Positions 47,554 to 57,097 of a stretch of 64,000 nucleotides of DNA are shown one piece after another. Where the stretch lies: sequence record DRR378314_402. The stretch is one strand, 5' to 3'. Position 1 is the first letter of the stretch, and the number at the start of each line of letters is the position of its first letter. A program made the translations under genes and the position numbers. A model generated the notes under the pieces. That model worked only from the letters and a program-made list of their open reading frames with translations. It did not search any database and was not told where the DNA came from.

Positions 47554-49155
47554 TTAGTTCTCAACAGCCTTGTTAGTGCGTTCGCCATTAATCCAACGGC
47601 TGATGCCCCACGGATTTTCGTTTTTCAGAGCGTCCGGAAGTAAGTCATGCGGATAGTTCTGGAAGCAAATAGGGCGTACAAAACGGTCAATTGCTTTCGT
47701 ACCGACAGAAGTAAAGCGGCTGTCTGTTGATGCCGGAGAAGGACCACCGTGCATCATTGCGTCACAAACTTCTACGCCAGTAGGGAAGTTATTCACAACC
47801 ATACGACCCACTTTATCCTGTAACAGGCTTAGCAGTTCAGAGTAGTTCTTCAGTTCGCTTTCTGTAGCCTGCAGTGTGCCGGTTAGCTGGCCGCCTAAAT
47901 GACTGACAACTGTATTCAGTTCTTCAGCATTTTTACATTTAATGACTAAAGAGCTGGGGCCGAAGTTTTCTGCCTGAAGTTCTGGGTTTTCGACGAAGTC
48001 AGATGCTGAAACCGTAAATAATTCAGCCTGTCCACAGAAACCTTTTTCACCTTCTTTTACTGGCTGGCCTGTTGCAACTGATTTAACACCTGGCTGGCCT
48101 GACAGCTTTTGACGACCCGACTGATAAGTTTCAGCAATGCCTTGATTCAGCATAACGCCAGCGTTTACATCAGCTAATGCTTTGGCAGTAGAATCAATAA
48201 AGATATCCAGCTCATCGCCTTCAATACCTAATACCAAGCCTGGGTTTACACAGAACTGACCAACGCCCAGTGTTAGCGAACCGACAAAGCCTTCAGCAAT
48301 GCTTTGTGCTGAGTTTTTTAATGCTTCTGGTAAGACAACAATGGGGTTAATGCTGCCCATTTCGGCAAATACCGGAATTGGGTTTTTACGTTCGCTGGCC
48401 AGTTTGTATAGCGCCATACCGCCAGAGTGAGAGCCGGTAAAGCCAACGGCTTTAACTTGTTCTGCTTTGACTAATGCCGCGCCGACATCTTTGCCAGGGC
48501 CCGTTACGTACGAGAACGTACCTTTCGGCATTTGGCATTTGTCAGCCGCTTTTTGTACTGCCTGCGCAACTAATTCTGCTGAGCCAGCGTGAGAGTTGTG
48601 GCCTTTAACAATAACCGGACAACCTGCCGCTAATGCGGACGCTGTGTCACCGCCGGCAGTAGAGAAGGCCATTGGAAAGTTAGAAGCACCAAACACAGCG
48701 ACTGGACCAAGCGCTTGTTTGTAAAAGCGAATGTCAGCGCGTGGCATAGGCTGACGATCCGGCATTGCTTTATCAATACGCGCATCCAGGAATTCGCCAC
48801 TTTGAATGGTGTTAGCGAAGAGTTTTAACTGGTTGCAAGTACGACCGCGTTCGCCTTCAACACGAGCCTGCGGGTAGCCGGTTTCCGCTTTTAAACGATC
48901 TAATAATTCATCGCCTAAAGCCATAATTTCATCGGCACAAGTTTCTAAAAACTTGCCGCGTTGTTTCAGCGTGGTTGCTGCATAGGCAGGAGCTGCTTTT
49001 GCCGCCGCTTCAACCGCTGCGTCAACCTGGCTGCCGTCAGCATGGTTTATTGTTGGCTCCAGTGCTTCACCTGTAGCTGGATTGACCGCCTGGTAAGAGG
49101 CACCTTTGCCTGCTTGCCATTCGCCTTGAATAAGTTGTTTACCTGTAATAGTCAT
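47554..49155 (-). CDS. NADP-dependent alpha-ketoglutaric semialdehyde dehydrogenase
   Basis: GERGRT..QL; VFGASNFP.AFSTAGGDTASALAAGCP; FTGS; EMGSINP; GQFC.NPG. Confidence 0.87.
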   Translation of the reverse strand: MTITGKQLIQGEWQAGKGASYQAVNPATGEALEPTINHADGSQVDAAVEAAAKAAPAYAATTLKQRGKFLETCADEIMALGDELLDRLKAETGYPQARVEGERGRTCNQLKLFANTIQSGEFLDARIDKAMPDRQPMPRADIRFYKQALGPVAVFGASNFPMAFSTAGGDTASALAAGCPVIVKGHNSHAGSAELVAQAVQKAADKCQMPKGTFSYVTGPGKDVGAALVKAEQVKAVGFTGSHSGGMALYKLASERKNPIPVFAEMGSINPIVVLPEALKNSAQSIAEGFVGSLTLGVGQFCVNPGLVLGIEGDELDIFIDSTAKALADVNAGVMLNQGIAETYQSGRQKLSGQPGVKSVATGQPVKEGEKGFCGQAELFTVSASDFVENPELQAENFGPSSLVIKCKNAEELNTVVSHLGGQLTGTLQATESELKNYSELLSLLQDKVGRMVVNNFPTGVEVCDAMMHGGPSPASTDSRFTSVGTKAIDRFVRPICFQNYPHDLLPDALKNENPWGISRWINGERTNKAVEN

Positions 49156-49213
49156 AATATATCCTGTTACTTAAAGGTACTCTGCCGCGCGGCGCGCGAC
49201 CCGAAATATCCTG

Positions 49214-49996
49214 TTACACCCACCCGGCATCGACAATAAAGTCTTGAGCAGTACACATGCTGCTATCGTCTGACGCTAAAAATAACGCCATTGCTGCGAT
49301 GCTTTCGGGCATTAGTGGTGCATTAATGCATTGGTTTTTAGCAATGTCTTTTTTGGTTTCTTCTGTAACCCACAAAGATAATTGACGTTCAGTCATAACC
49401 CATCCCGGGGTTAGTGTATTGACCCGGATATTATCCTCGCCCATATCACGGGCCAGGCCTCGGGTCAGGCCCAGTACGGCCGACTTTGCACTGGTATACC
49501 CAGGCATATTTCCCTGGCTTTCGTGCCAGCTCATTGAGCCAAAGTTAATGATGGAACCGCCACCCAGTTCTTTCATTTGCGAGTACACTGCCTGTGCTGC
49601 AAAGAACTGCGGACGCAGATTAATATGCATGCGTTCATCCCAGTATTCCGGGGTCACATCACGGAAGTCGTGACGGGTATCACTGGCAGCGTTGTTTATC
49701 AGTACGCCAATGGCACCAAGTTCACTTTTGACTTGCTCAACAACTTTGCGTAAGTGCTCAATATCAACCAGGTTACACGGGTAAAAATGTGCCTTACCTG
49801 AGCCTGAATTTTCATTAACTTTCTCGACCAGCGCTTTTGATTCATCTTCCAGAATGTCGACGAAAGCCACCTGGCTTCCCTGCGCGACAAACGCTTCTAC
49901 TAATGCCGCGCCAATACCAGAGCCGCCGCCGGTGATAAATATCGTACGGCCTCTGAGGCTAGGATATTGATTCGTTAATGTCTTTTGTTCTGCCAT
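49214..49996 (-). CDS. SDR pentose 1-dehydrogenase (XylB-like; putative L-arabinose dehydrogenase)
   Basis: YPSL.G; ITGGGSGIG; NNAA.D.RH; YTSAK; PGWVMTERQ; ATG 49996 after AGGTG. Confidence 0.8.
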   Translation of the reverse strand: MAEQKTLTNQYPSLRGRTIFITGGGSGIGAALVEAFVAQGSQVAFVDILEDESKALVEKVNENSGSGKAHFYPCNLVDIEHLRKVVEQVKSELGAIGVLINNAASDTRHDFRDVTPEYWDERMHINLRPQFFAAQAVYSQMKELGGGSIINFGSMSWHESQGNMPGYTSAKSAVLGLTRGLARDMGEDNIRVNTLTPGWVMTERQLSLWVTEETKKDIAKNQCINAPLMPESIAAMALFLASDDSSMCTAQDFIVDAGWV

Positions 49997-50007
49997 TGAA
50001 CACCTGT

Positions 50008-51747
50008 TTAATGTGAATGTTTTGGTACGGCGGCACCGCGGCAACCCACCAGAAAGTCCAGGTCACAGCCTTCATCGGCTTGTAAAACCCGTTCCCGGTA
50101 AATTTCTAAATAACCGCCAGATTTTGCGATTACCTGAGTTGCTTTGAGTTTCTCCAGACGTGCTTTCAATTCTTCGTCACTGACCTCCAACTGAAGAACT
50201 CCGGCATCCGCATCCAATTGGATGTAATCGCCTTCCTCGACCGCAGCCAGAGGACCAAGTTCCATTGCCTCGGGAGCAACGTGCAGCACGACCGTACCAA
50301 ATGCTGTGCCACTCATGCGGGCATCAGATATTCGAACCATGTCTTTTACCCCTTTTTTCAGAACTTTAGGAGGTAAACCCATGTTTCCGACTTCTGCCAT
50401 TCCCGGGTAACCTTTCGGCCCACAGTTTTTGAGCACCATGACGCTGTTTTCATCAATATCCAAATCTGGGTCGGCAATACGTGCTTTATAATCTTCGAAG
50501 CTCTCAAAGACCACGGCTTTACCGCGATGCTTCATTAGATGAGGGCTTGCCGCCGACGGCTTAAGTACCGCGCCACGTGGCGCCAGATTACCGCGTAATA
50601 CGCAGATTCCGCCATGTTTCAGTAAAGGCTCGTTAAAGGTACGGATGACATCATCGTTATAGCAAGGCGCTTCCTCTACGTTTTTCCAGATAGATTTGCC
50701 ATTAACTGTTAAAGCGTCTTTGGTCAGTATGCCTTCCTCGCCTAAACGGCGCAGCACAACCGGTAGTCCGCCGGAGTAGTAGAAGTCTTCCATCAGGTAG
50801 CGACCCGAGGGCTGCAAGTTAACAATAGTCGGAACTTCTTTGCCTTCCAGCCAGTCATCCAAATCCAGATCGACGCCCATACGGCCAGCGATGGCTTTAA
50901 GGTGAATCACCGCATTGGTTGAACCGCCGATTGCAGCATTGGTTTTAATCGCATTTAAGAACGCGTCGCGGGTTAACACTTTAGACAGTTTCAGGTCTTC
51001 ATGAACCATTTCCACAGCGCGCATACCCGACATATGAGCTAATACGTATCTCCGCGAATCCACCGCTGGAATAGCGGCGTTATGTGGCAGGCTCACGCCC
51101 AGCGATTCTGCCATAGAAGCCATAGTAGAAGCTGTGCCCATGGTATTACAGGTACCGGCCGAACGAGACATGCTGGCTTCGGCATCCATAAATTCTTGTA
51201 GAGAAATATTGCCGGCTTTGTATTCTTCGTGCATTTTCCATACAAGGGTGCCTGAGCCTACATCTTTACCATGGTGCTTACCGTTAAGCATCGGCCCGCC
51301 GCTGACTACAATCGTTGGCAGGTCGCAACTCGCTGCACCCATTAACAAGGCTGGCGTGGTCTTATCGCAGCCGACCATTAGAACGACACCGTCAATAGGG
51401 TTGCCGCGAATCGCTTCTTCAGTGTCCATGGCCGCCAGATTACGGGTCAACATAGCCGTTGGTCTTAGGTTTGACTCACCGTTAGAAAACACGGGAAATT
51501 CCACCGGAATCCCACCCGCTTCGCGAATGCCGTTCTTAACACGGTCGGCTAAGTCGCGAAAATGAGCGTTACAAGGGGTCAGTTCCGACCATGTGTTACA
51601 AATTCCAATAACCGGCTTGTTGTCAAAGTGATGATCAGGAATTCCCTGGTTTTTCATCCAGCTACGATACATAAAACCGTTTTTGTCTGCGGTCCCAAAC
51701 CACTGGGCGGAGCGCAGTTTAGATTTATTTTTGTCGTCGTTGTTCAA
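50008..51747 (-). CDS. IlvD/Edd family L-arabinonate dehydratase
   Basis: LRS..WFG..DKNGFMYRSWMKNQG; ELTPCN; GCDKTTP; GTCNTMGTASTM; DARMSGT; TTG start after AGGTG. Confidence 0.9.
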   Translation of the reverse strand: MNNDDKNKSKLRSAQWFGTADKNGFMYRSWMKNQGIPDHHFDNKPVIGICNTWSELTPCNAHFRDLADRVKNGIREAGGIPVEFPVFSNGESNLRPTAMLTRNLAAMDTEEAIRGNPIDGVVLMVGCDKTTPALLMGAASCDLPTIVVSGGPMLNGKHHGKDVGSGTLVWKMHEEYKAGNISLQEFMDAEASMSRSAGTCNTMGTASTMASMAESLGVSLPHNAAIPAVDSRRYVLAHMSGMRAVEMVHEDLKLSKVLTRDAFLNAIKTNAAIGGSTNAVIHLKAIAGRMGVDLDLDDWLEGKEVPTIVNLQPSGRYLMEDFYYSGGLPVVLRRLGEEGILTKDALTVNGKSIWKNVEEAPCYNDDVIRTFNEPLLKHGGICVLRGNLAPRGAVLKPSAASPHLMKHRGKAVVFESFEDYKARIADPDLDIDENSVMVLKNCGPKGYPGMAEVGNMGLPPKVLKKGVKDMVRISDARMSGTAFGTVVLHVAPEAMELGPLAAVEEGDYIQLDADAGVLQLEVSDEELKARLEKLKATQVIAKSGGYLEIYRERVLQADEGCDLDFLVGCRGAAVPKHSH

Positions 51748-51764
51748 GGCTACACCTGTTAATT

Positions 51765-51780
51765 AGTAATACAATACTAC
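51765..51780. promoter_or_regulatory. Locus-specific operator (FadR/DgoR-type candidate)
   Basis: AGTAATACAATACTAC upstream of the dehydratase, downstream of a minus-strand TTGACA (51807-51812). Confidence 0.65.
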
Positions 51781-51882
51781 GTTATGGTCGCGATTCTTCC
51801 TTCGAATGTCAATCGCTGACTCAATTCTGTACAGCATTAACCAAAATTTATAGCGGGCTCGATCATTGCTCAAGCCTAAAAG

Positions 51883-51897
51883 GTAATATAGTATTAC
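51883..51897. promoter_or_regulatory. Locus-specific operator (FadR/DgoR-type candidate)
   Basis: GTAATA-TAG-TATTAC perfect 6-bp inverted repeat upstream of the AraD1-like gene. Confidence 0.65.
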
Positions 51898-51940
51898 TTT
51901 TTAAATTTTGTAGTATAAATTCATAGCAGGAGCCTATCTA

Positions 51941-52936
51941 ATGCGTCTGATTCAATACGTCACAGAGGCTGGCAAGCAACAGGCCGGTGTCGTTAACGGT
52001 GAGCATATTCACCCTTTAAAGGAAGTTGTCAGTGTTTATGAGCTTGCGGAAAAAGCTCTGCAGGAGAAAACCGGTTTAGAGTCGTTAATAGAAAAACTGC
52101 AAAGCGATGAGCAAATTTCTTACGTTGAATTAATTAACGAGAACCGCTTACTCAGCCCGTTTCATCATGAAGACCCTGCGCATCTGTTCGTAACTGGCAC
52201 AGGTCTGACGCATTTAGGCAGTGCTGACACGCGCGCAAATATGCATGCACAAGGCTCGGACAGTTCAAACGCCGAACTGACGGACTCTATGAAAATGTTT
52301 AAAGCCGGAGTACAAAACGGCAAGCCGAAATCTGGTGAGCAGGGCGCTCAGCCGGAATGGTTCTACAAAGGTGATGGCAGTATCGTGGTTGCGCCAGGCC
52401 AGGCCCTGACTTCTCCGCATTTTGCTCTGGACGCTGGCGAAGAACCAGAAATTGCAGGCTTATATATAAATGATAGAGACGGCCAACCGCACCGCATTGG
52501 TTTTGCATTGGGTAACGAATTTTCTGACCATATTACGGAAAAAGAAAACTACCTGTTATTAGCCCACTCTAAATTGCGCCAATGCTCAATTGGACCTGAA
52601 ATTCTCATCGGCGATTTACCGGCGAATATCAAAGGCTCTTCGCGCATTATCCGCGACAACGAAGTATTGTGGGAAAAAGAGTTTTTGAGTGGTGAAGAGA
52701 ATATGTCTCACACTATTGAGAACCTGGAGAACCACCACTTTAAGTATCCTATTTTCCGCCAACCGGGTGACGCGCATATACACTTTTATGGCACAGCAAC
52801 GTTAAGTTTCGGTGACGGAATTAGCACTCAGGCGGGTGATGTCTTTGAAATTGCGGCGGATACCTTTGGTAAACCGTTGCGCAATAAACTGCAGATAGAA
52901 AAACAAAGCCCGATTCAAAAGGTTACCAAGCTGTAA
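51941..52936 (+). CDS. AraD1/GguC family FAH-fold protein (putative 2-keto-3-deoxy-L-arabinonate dehydratase)
   Basis: MRLIQ; DPAH..VTGTGLTHLGSA; QPEWFYKGDG; EEPE; GNEFSDH; LAHSKLR; SGEENMSH. Confidence 0.85.
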   Translation: MRLIQYVTEAGKQQAGVVNGEHIHPLKEVVSVYELAEKALQEKTGLESLIEKLQSDEQISYVELINENRLLSPFHHEDPAHLFVTGTGLTHLGSADTRANMHAQGSDSSNAELTDSMKMFKAGVQNGKPKSGEQGAQPEWFYKGDGSIVVAPGQALTSPHFALDAGEEPEIAGLYINDRDGQPHRIGFALGNEFSDHITEKENYLLLAHSKLRQCSIGPEILIGDLPANIKGSSRIIRDNEVLWEKEFLSGEENMSHTIENLENHHFKYPIFRQPGDAHIHFYGTATLSFGDGISTQAGDVFEIAADTFGKPLRNKLQIEKQSPIQKVTKL

Positions 52937-52938
52937 CC

Positions 52939-53670
52939 TTAAACCGGTGTTTTGTGCAGTTCCGCCAGTGTGTGCTCCAGAGCATGCCTGGCGTTGACTA
53001 AAAGTGTCTGCATTTCTTCCCGTGCGACTACCGGATTCTGCTCTTTAATGGCCATGAACACTGCCTTGTGACCGGGTAGTGAATCGACATACTCTTCCGC
53101 TATAGCACTGCTTAAGCGAAATGAATTTTCCAGAGCCGTTTCAATGGTTACGCCTAACGAAGCCATAAACTCGTTATTAGTGGCTTCCAGTAAGGCTAAG
53201 TGGAACTCTAAATCGCTTTTGTATACAGCGTCAGTACCAATTTGAGCTTCTTCCATTGCCTTGTATGCTTCAGTTAATGCCGCTAACTGGTCATCAGTGC
53301 GGTGCATTGCCGCCAGACTGGCCGCATTAGGCTCGATAATTTCCCGCATTTCATACAGCGACATGTAAAACTTAGTGTCCGGGTTGCTGCTAAAACACCA
53401 GCGCAAAACTTCCGCGTCAAACATGTTCCAGTTTTTACGGGGGCGGACTCTGGTGCCCAGTTTTGGACGGGATTCGATTAATCCTTTCGCGGTTAACAGC
53501 TTAAAGGCTTCACGCAGTGCTGTGCGCGATACGCCAAGCTCTTCACCAATGTCATTTTCATTCGGGATATACTGACCAGGTAAATAGACGCCACCCACGA
53601 TTCGAGAACCCAGTTCCTGAGCAACCCATGAGTGGATACTTTGTGGTCTGTTTCGGGTTGCGCTTTTCAT
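52939..53670 (-). CDS. FadR/GntR family regulator (DgoR-like)
   Basis: LG.RIV.G...PG..IP.E; GVSRTALREA; GTRVRPR..WN.FD..VL.W; FCD domain (D..FH). Confidence 0.9.
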   Translation of the reverse strand: MKSATRNRPQSIHSWVAQELGSRIVGGVYLPGQYIPNENDIGEELGVSRTALREAFKLLTAKGLIESRPKLGTRVRPRKNWNMFDAEVLRWCFSSNPDTKFYMSLYEMREIIEPNAASLAAMHRTDDQLAALTEAYKAMEEAQIGTDAVYKSDLEFHLALLEATNNEFMASLGVTIETALENSFRLSSAIAEEYVDSLPGHKAVFMAIKEQNPVVAREEMQTLLVNARHALEHTLAELHKTPV

Positions 53671-53877
53671 GTGTCTTCCCTTGCATGTGATGATGGTGCG
53701 AATTTGTTCATATTAGCGTTTTTTCTCTGTAAGCGTAACCCGCATGAAATAGTGAGTGTAAATAAGTGTAATTTTTGTGCCTAAAGCTGGTGCGATGCAT
53801 GCAAGTTAGTCTAAATATTCTAAGCTTTATCCAAAAAATGACTAACGGGCGTGTGCGCCCACTTAAAGGAGAAAATT

Positions 53878-54300
53878 ATGTCACGGCTTTTATTATCAGG
53901 CATGCTGCTTTTAGCCTGCTCTTCCTCGGTTTTGGCTAATGACCTGAAACCGGGGTTATGGGAAATTACTTCTTCAATGGAAGGAGAGGGTATTCCTAAG
54001 CAGCTTACGCGAGAACAAAGCTCGCAGGAGTGTCTCACAGCTGAGGAAGGTAGCGATATGGTCGCTACTATGCGCAAACGTTGGAATGAGACCGGGTGTA
54101 AGGATATGGATATCTCCCGGGATGGAGATAAAATTGAAGTTGCGGCGTCGTGCGAAGCCGGTGGGCGCACTACGGAAGTCGATGCATTGATTACGGTGCA
54201 CAGCAACGAACATTATTCCAGTGAGGTTACAACCACTAACGATAGCTCAGTAACCACCTATCGAGAAGCTTCCTGGGTATCGTCGGAGTGCGAGCAATAA
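53878..54300 (+). CDS. DUF3617 family exported protein
   Basis: Signal peptide; LKPGLWEIT; conserved Cys; AAGGAG RBS. Confidence 0.78.
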   Translation: MSRLLLSGMLLLACSSSVLANDLKPGLWEITSSMEGEGIPKQLTREQSSQECLTAEEGSDMVATMRKRWNETGCKDMDISRDGDKIEVAASCEAGGRTTEVDALITVHSNEHYSSEVTTTNDSSVTTYREASWVSSECEQ

Positions 54301-54309
54301 GAGGATGCA

Positions 54310-54774
54310 ATGACTCCCGCAATTGATGTTGCCAGAAAGAATAAGGTTTCTTTTAAGGTACATGAATACTCTCATGACCCGGCCAGTGGATCTTATGGTG
54401 GCGAAGCTGCCGAGAAGTTGGCCGTTCCGCAGGAGCAAGTATTCAAAACCTTGGTTGTAAGCCTTGATGGTAAAGAACTGGCTGTCGGCATCATTCCGGT
54501 TTCATCACGGTTAAGCCTTAAGTTGATAGCAAAAGCTTTGGGGGCAAAGAAGGCTGCAATGGCGACTAAACGTGATGTCGAACGTGCTACGGGTTATGTT
54601 CTGGGAGGCGTTAGTCCGCTTGGCCAGAAAAAGCAGCTCAGAACCATAATTGATACCTCTGCAACTTATAACCCCACCGTATTTATAAGCGCCGGGCGCC
54701 GGGGCTTAGATATGGAGTTGAATCCCGAGGATTTAAAAACTATGGTGAGCGGGGAGTTTGTTAATATTACTTAA
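54310..54774 (+). CDS. ybaK: Cys-tRNA(Pro) deacylase YbaK
   Basis: MTPAI; H.Y.HD; VFKTLVV; TGYVLGGVSPLGQKK; SAGRRG. Confidence 0.93.
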   Translation: MTPAIDVARKNKVSFKVHEYSHDPASGSYGGEAAEKLAVPQEQVFKTLVVSLDGKELAVGIIPVSSRLSLKLIAKALGAKKAAMATKRDVERATGYVLGGVSPLGQKKQLRTIIDTSATYNPTVFISAGRRGLDMELNPEDLKTMVSGEFVNIT

Positions 54775-54783
54775 TGGAACAGC

Positions 54784-55116
54784 GTGTTCAAAAGGATTCA
54801 GCAGCAAAGCCATCAGGTGGGCGATACGCGAATATTGGTATCTTATGATCGTCTGACCAGCCGGTTTAAAATTTCTGATGGAAACGATGTGATATACAGC
54901 CGCTCTCTGCTGCTGTTGCCACTTATCCGCTCAAATATCGTTATTTCCAATAGCCCCCATTCTTTAAAGGTGATTTCTTTTATTTTCTGGCGCGCAAAGT
55001 TGGAGCAGGGCGGGAACATTGTTATTTCTGAGCTACTCCGGCCTCGACGCGCTAAATCCATAGCTTCAATTGCGTACAGCGCAGTAATGAGTGTACTGCG
55101 GTTTTTGGCGGGTTAA
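54784..55116 (+). CDS. Hypothetical protein
   Basis: 110-aa ORF 9 bp after ybaK on the same strand; no recognised family. Confidence 0.45.
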   Translation: MFKRIQQQSHQVGDTRILVSYDRLTSRFKISDGNDVIYSRSLLLLPLIRSNIVISNSPHSLKVISFIFWRAKLEQGGNIVISELLRPRRAKSIASIAYSAVMSVLRFLAG

Positions 55117-55216
55117 GCCACTTACTTGGCAGCGTTAAAGTTCTGTAAAAATAGATGAGGCTTCATATATTTCGGTACACTTTAAAAAGCGTTGGTGGTT
55201 AGGGAACAATAAGCGG

Positions 55217-57061
55217 ATGAAAAGCATAGGCATGAAAGGAGTCGGTGTCGCCGTAATGTTAGCAACATTGCTTTGGCAAGTAGACGCTGAACCAAAGGAA
55301 AAGATCTCTATGCAGCAACAGATAGAGCAGCGAAAACAACTCAATAACGCACGCTATAAGCAACTCCGTACTCTTGATGACAAAGCATTGGCTAAGTTCT
55401 TATGGATGGAAGAAGAGTCTAATTATTATGAAGTGATGGAATCACTCTCATTAGATATGAAGCCTTACGAAATTGAGTATTCGACTTCTGTGCTGGCGCG
55501 TTTGAGCGACTATAATGATTACCAGGCAATGAGTGCTGCCTTCCTGAGCAGTCTCCTGGCTGTGAAACGTATGGATTTAATGGAGTGTAGGAGATACTCC
55601 GACGGGCACGGTTTTGCTTTGCGCAAAGGCTTTTCTTTTCCTTTTGCTAACGAACTGAAGCTTGATGCGCTGGTACTGGATAATGGCGAAAAGCTCCATA
55701 TTCCGGACTTTACTAAAGGGGAAATGGAAACTAGAGACATTGTCCGCCGGGGTGAAGCCTATTGTGTGCCAGCTCTGGGTAATAAGAGTGCACCGCAGCC
55801 AACAGCGATTAAGGGCGAGTTCTCTACTGACTTACCGGAGAAGCTAATTCAGTTTGAGTTAACCGCCGATGATGTTGGAAAAACTCAAGATAAAGACGGT
55901 TACAGAGTCACCCTAATTGAAATGAATGACTATTCTTATGTCATTGAAGTCGATGTTAAAACGACCTCTGAAACGACTTTGCGTAAGCAAGATATTATCG
56001 GCGAAGCGAAAGCTAAGAACGGACGATACATCCGGAACCGCATTATCGACCGGGTTCCGATGAAAAATTATGAGCGTGTGGAGTCTCTGTTAGGCGAGCT
56101 TATTAATCAGGCTGCAAACGGTAACCTCAATAAATCCGAGGCGCAGAAAGCTCTTGATGATTTAAATGAGCGCATGGGCAAAGATGAAAGCTCGACGCTT
56201 TATAGTGCGTTTGCATTTCATGGTCCGCTTGAGACTGCCGAAGTAACGATATTAGCCGGTGGCGAGTCACGAAAAGAAGTTAAGCAGACACTTGAATTCC
56301 CCGTATATTCGTTTGCACAAAAAGCTCCAGCGAAGCAGATTGATTTCGATGAATTACCGACGGTTAAGACAACATTACCGATATACAACGGCGATTCAGA
56401 GGTGAATGCCAGCTATGTGGATTTGAGCGCAGAAGCAATGCACGACGAAATTGAAATTCGTCAGCGAAATATTACATATGACCCGGGAATAAAGCATCCG
56501 AAGCAAGTGTTTTTGCATTATCCGACAGTGCAAAGTGACTTATTTATTCATATTTTTGATCGTTACGATATAGCGGACAGTAGCGATGTGCAGTTTTTTG
56601 ACGCCGACGGTGAACCGGTAACGGGAATTGATGACAAGAACAGCGCTTTTCGCTTTACCGTTAGTCGGTTGGAATATGATCCTGAACTTTTCAGTGCGCC
56701 GCCAACGCGCGTGAAAGCAAATATATCGGTGTTAACCGCGCCCAATATCATTAAAGAGAACTACGCAAAAAATGACCTCCCGACAGGCGTGAATATCGAA
56801 GGAAACAAGCTAATTGTTGATTATGCGGAGTTTACGCCAAGAGAAATTGAGGACGTTGAGTCGCGGTTGGTGCAACGGCGCAATCACGTTTTTGCCAAAG
56901 ACTCTCAGGGTTACTTAGCTGAGATAAGTACACTAAGTTTACCGCGCCAAGATGGCAAGCCAGTAGATGTCTATTATTTTTATGGTCATCCGGAAAGCTT
57001 TGAAATTTGGTATAAGGGTGAAACTAAATCAGTAGATTTTGAATTGGATCTTGAGCTTTAA
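55217..57061 (+). CDS. Hypothetical exported protein (614 aa)
   Basis: Long ORF with N-terminal hydrophobic signal; no recognised family. Confidence 0.7.
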   Translation: MKSIGMKGVGVAVMLATLLWQVDAEPKEKISMQQQIEQRKQLNNARYKQLRTLDDKALAKFLWMEEESNYYEVMESLSLDMKPYEIEYSTSVLARLSDYNDYQAMSAAFLSSLLAVKRMDLMECRRYSDGHGFALRKGFSFPFANELKLDALVLDNGEKLHIPDFTKGEMETRDIVRRGEAYCVPALGNKSAPQPTAIKGEFSTDLPEKLIQFELTADDVGKTQDKDGYRVTLIEMNDYSYVIEVDVKTTSETTLRKQDIIGEAKAKNGRYIRNRIIDRVPMKNYERVESLLGELINQAANGNLNKSEAQKALDDLNERMGKDESSTLYSAFAFHGPLETAEVTILAGGESRKEVKQTLEFPVYSFAQKAPAKQIDFDELPTVKTTLPIYNGDSEVNASYVDLSAEAMHDEIEIRQRNITYDPGIKHPKQVFLHYPTVQSDLFIHIFDRYDIADSSDVQFFDADGEPVTGIDDKNSAFRFTVSRLEYDPELFSAPPTRVKANISVLTAPNIIKENYAKNDLPTGVNIEGNKLIVDYAEFTPREIEDVESRLVQRRNHVFAKDSQGYLAEISTLSLPRQDGKPVDVYYFYGHPESFEIWYKGETKSVDFELDLEL

Positions 57062-57097
57062 TTTAATGCTTTTCAGATTCCAGTTCAGGCTCCATAG

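Noticed and set aside
50008-51747. ilvD (branched-chain amino acid biosynthesis)
   Set aside because: The N-terminal motif and gene context match sugar-acid dehydratases, not dihydroxy-acid dehydratase.
49214-51747. Xylan/xylose (Weimberg) locus instead of arabinan
   Set aside because: There is no GH10/GH11 xylanase or xylosidase-type enzyme; the arabinanase-type GH43, GH127/146 and AraD1 genes point to arabinan. Side activity on xylose is still possible.
29100-53850. Arabinan locus as a mobile island with att sites
   Set aside because: No flanking direct repeats, tRNA or mobility gene were found; horizontal origin remains inference only.
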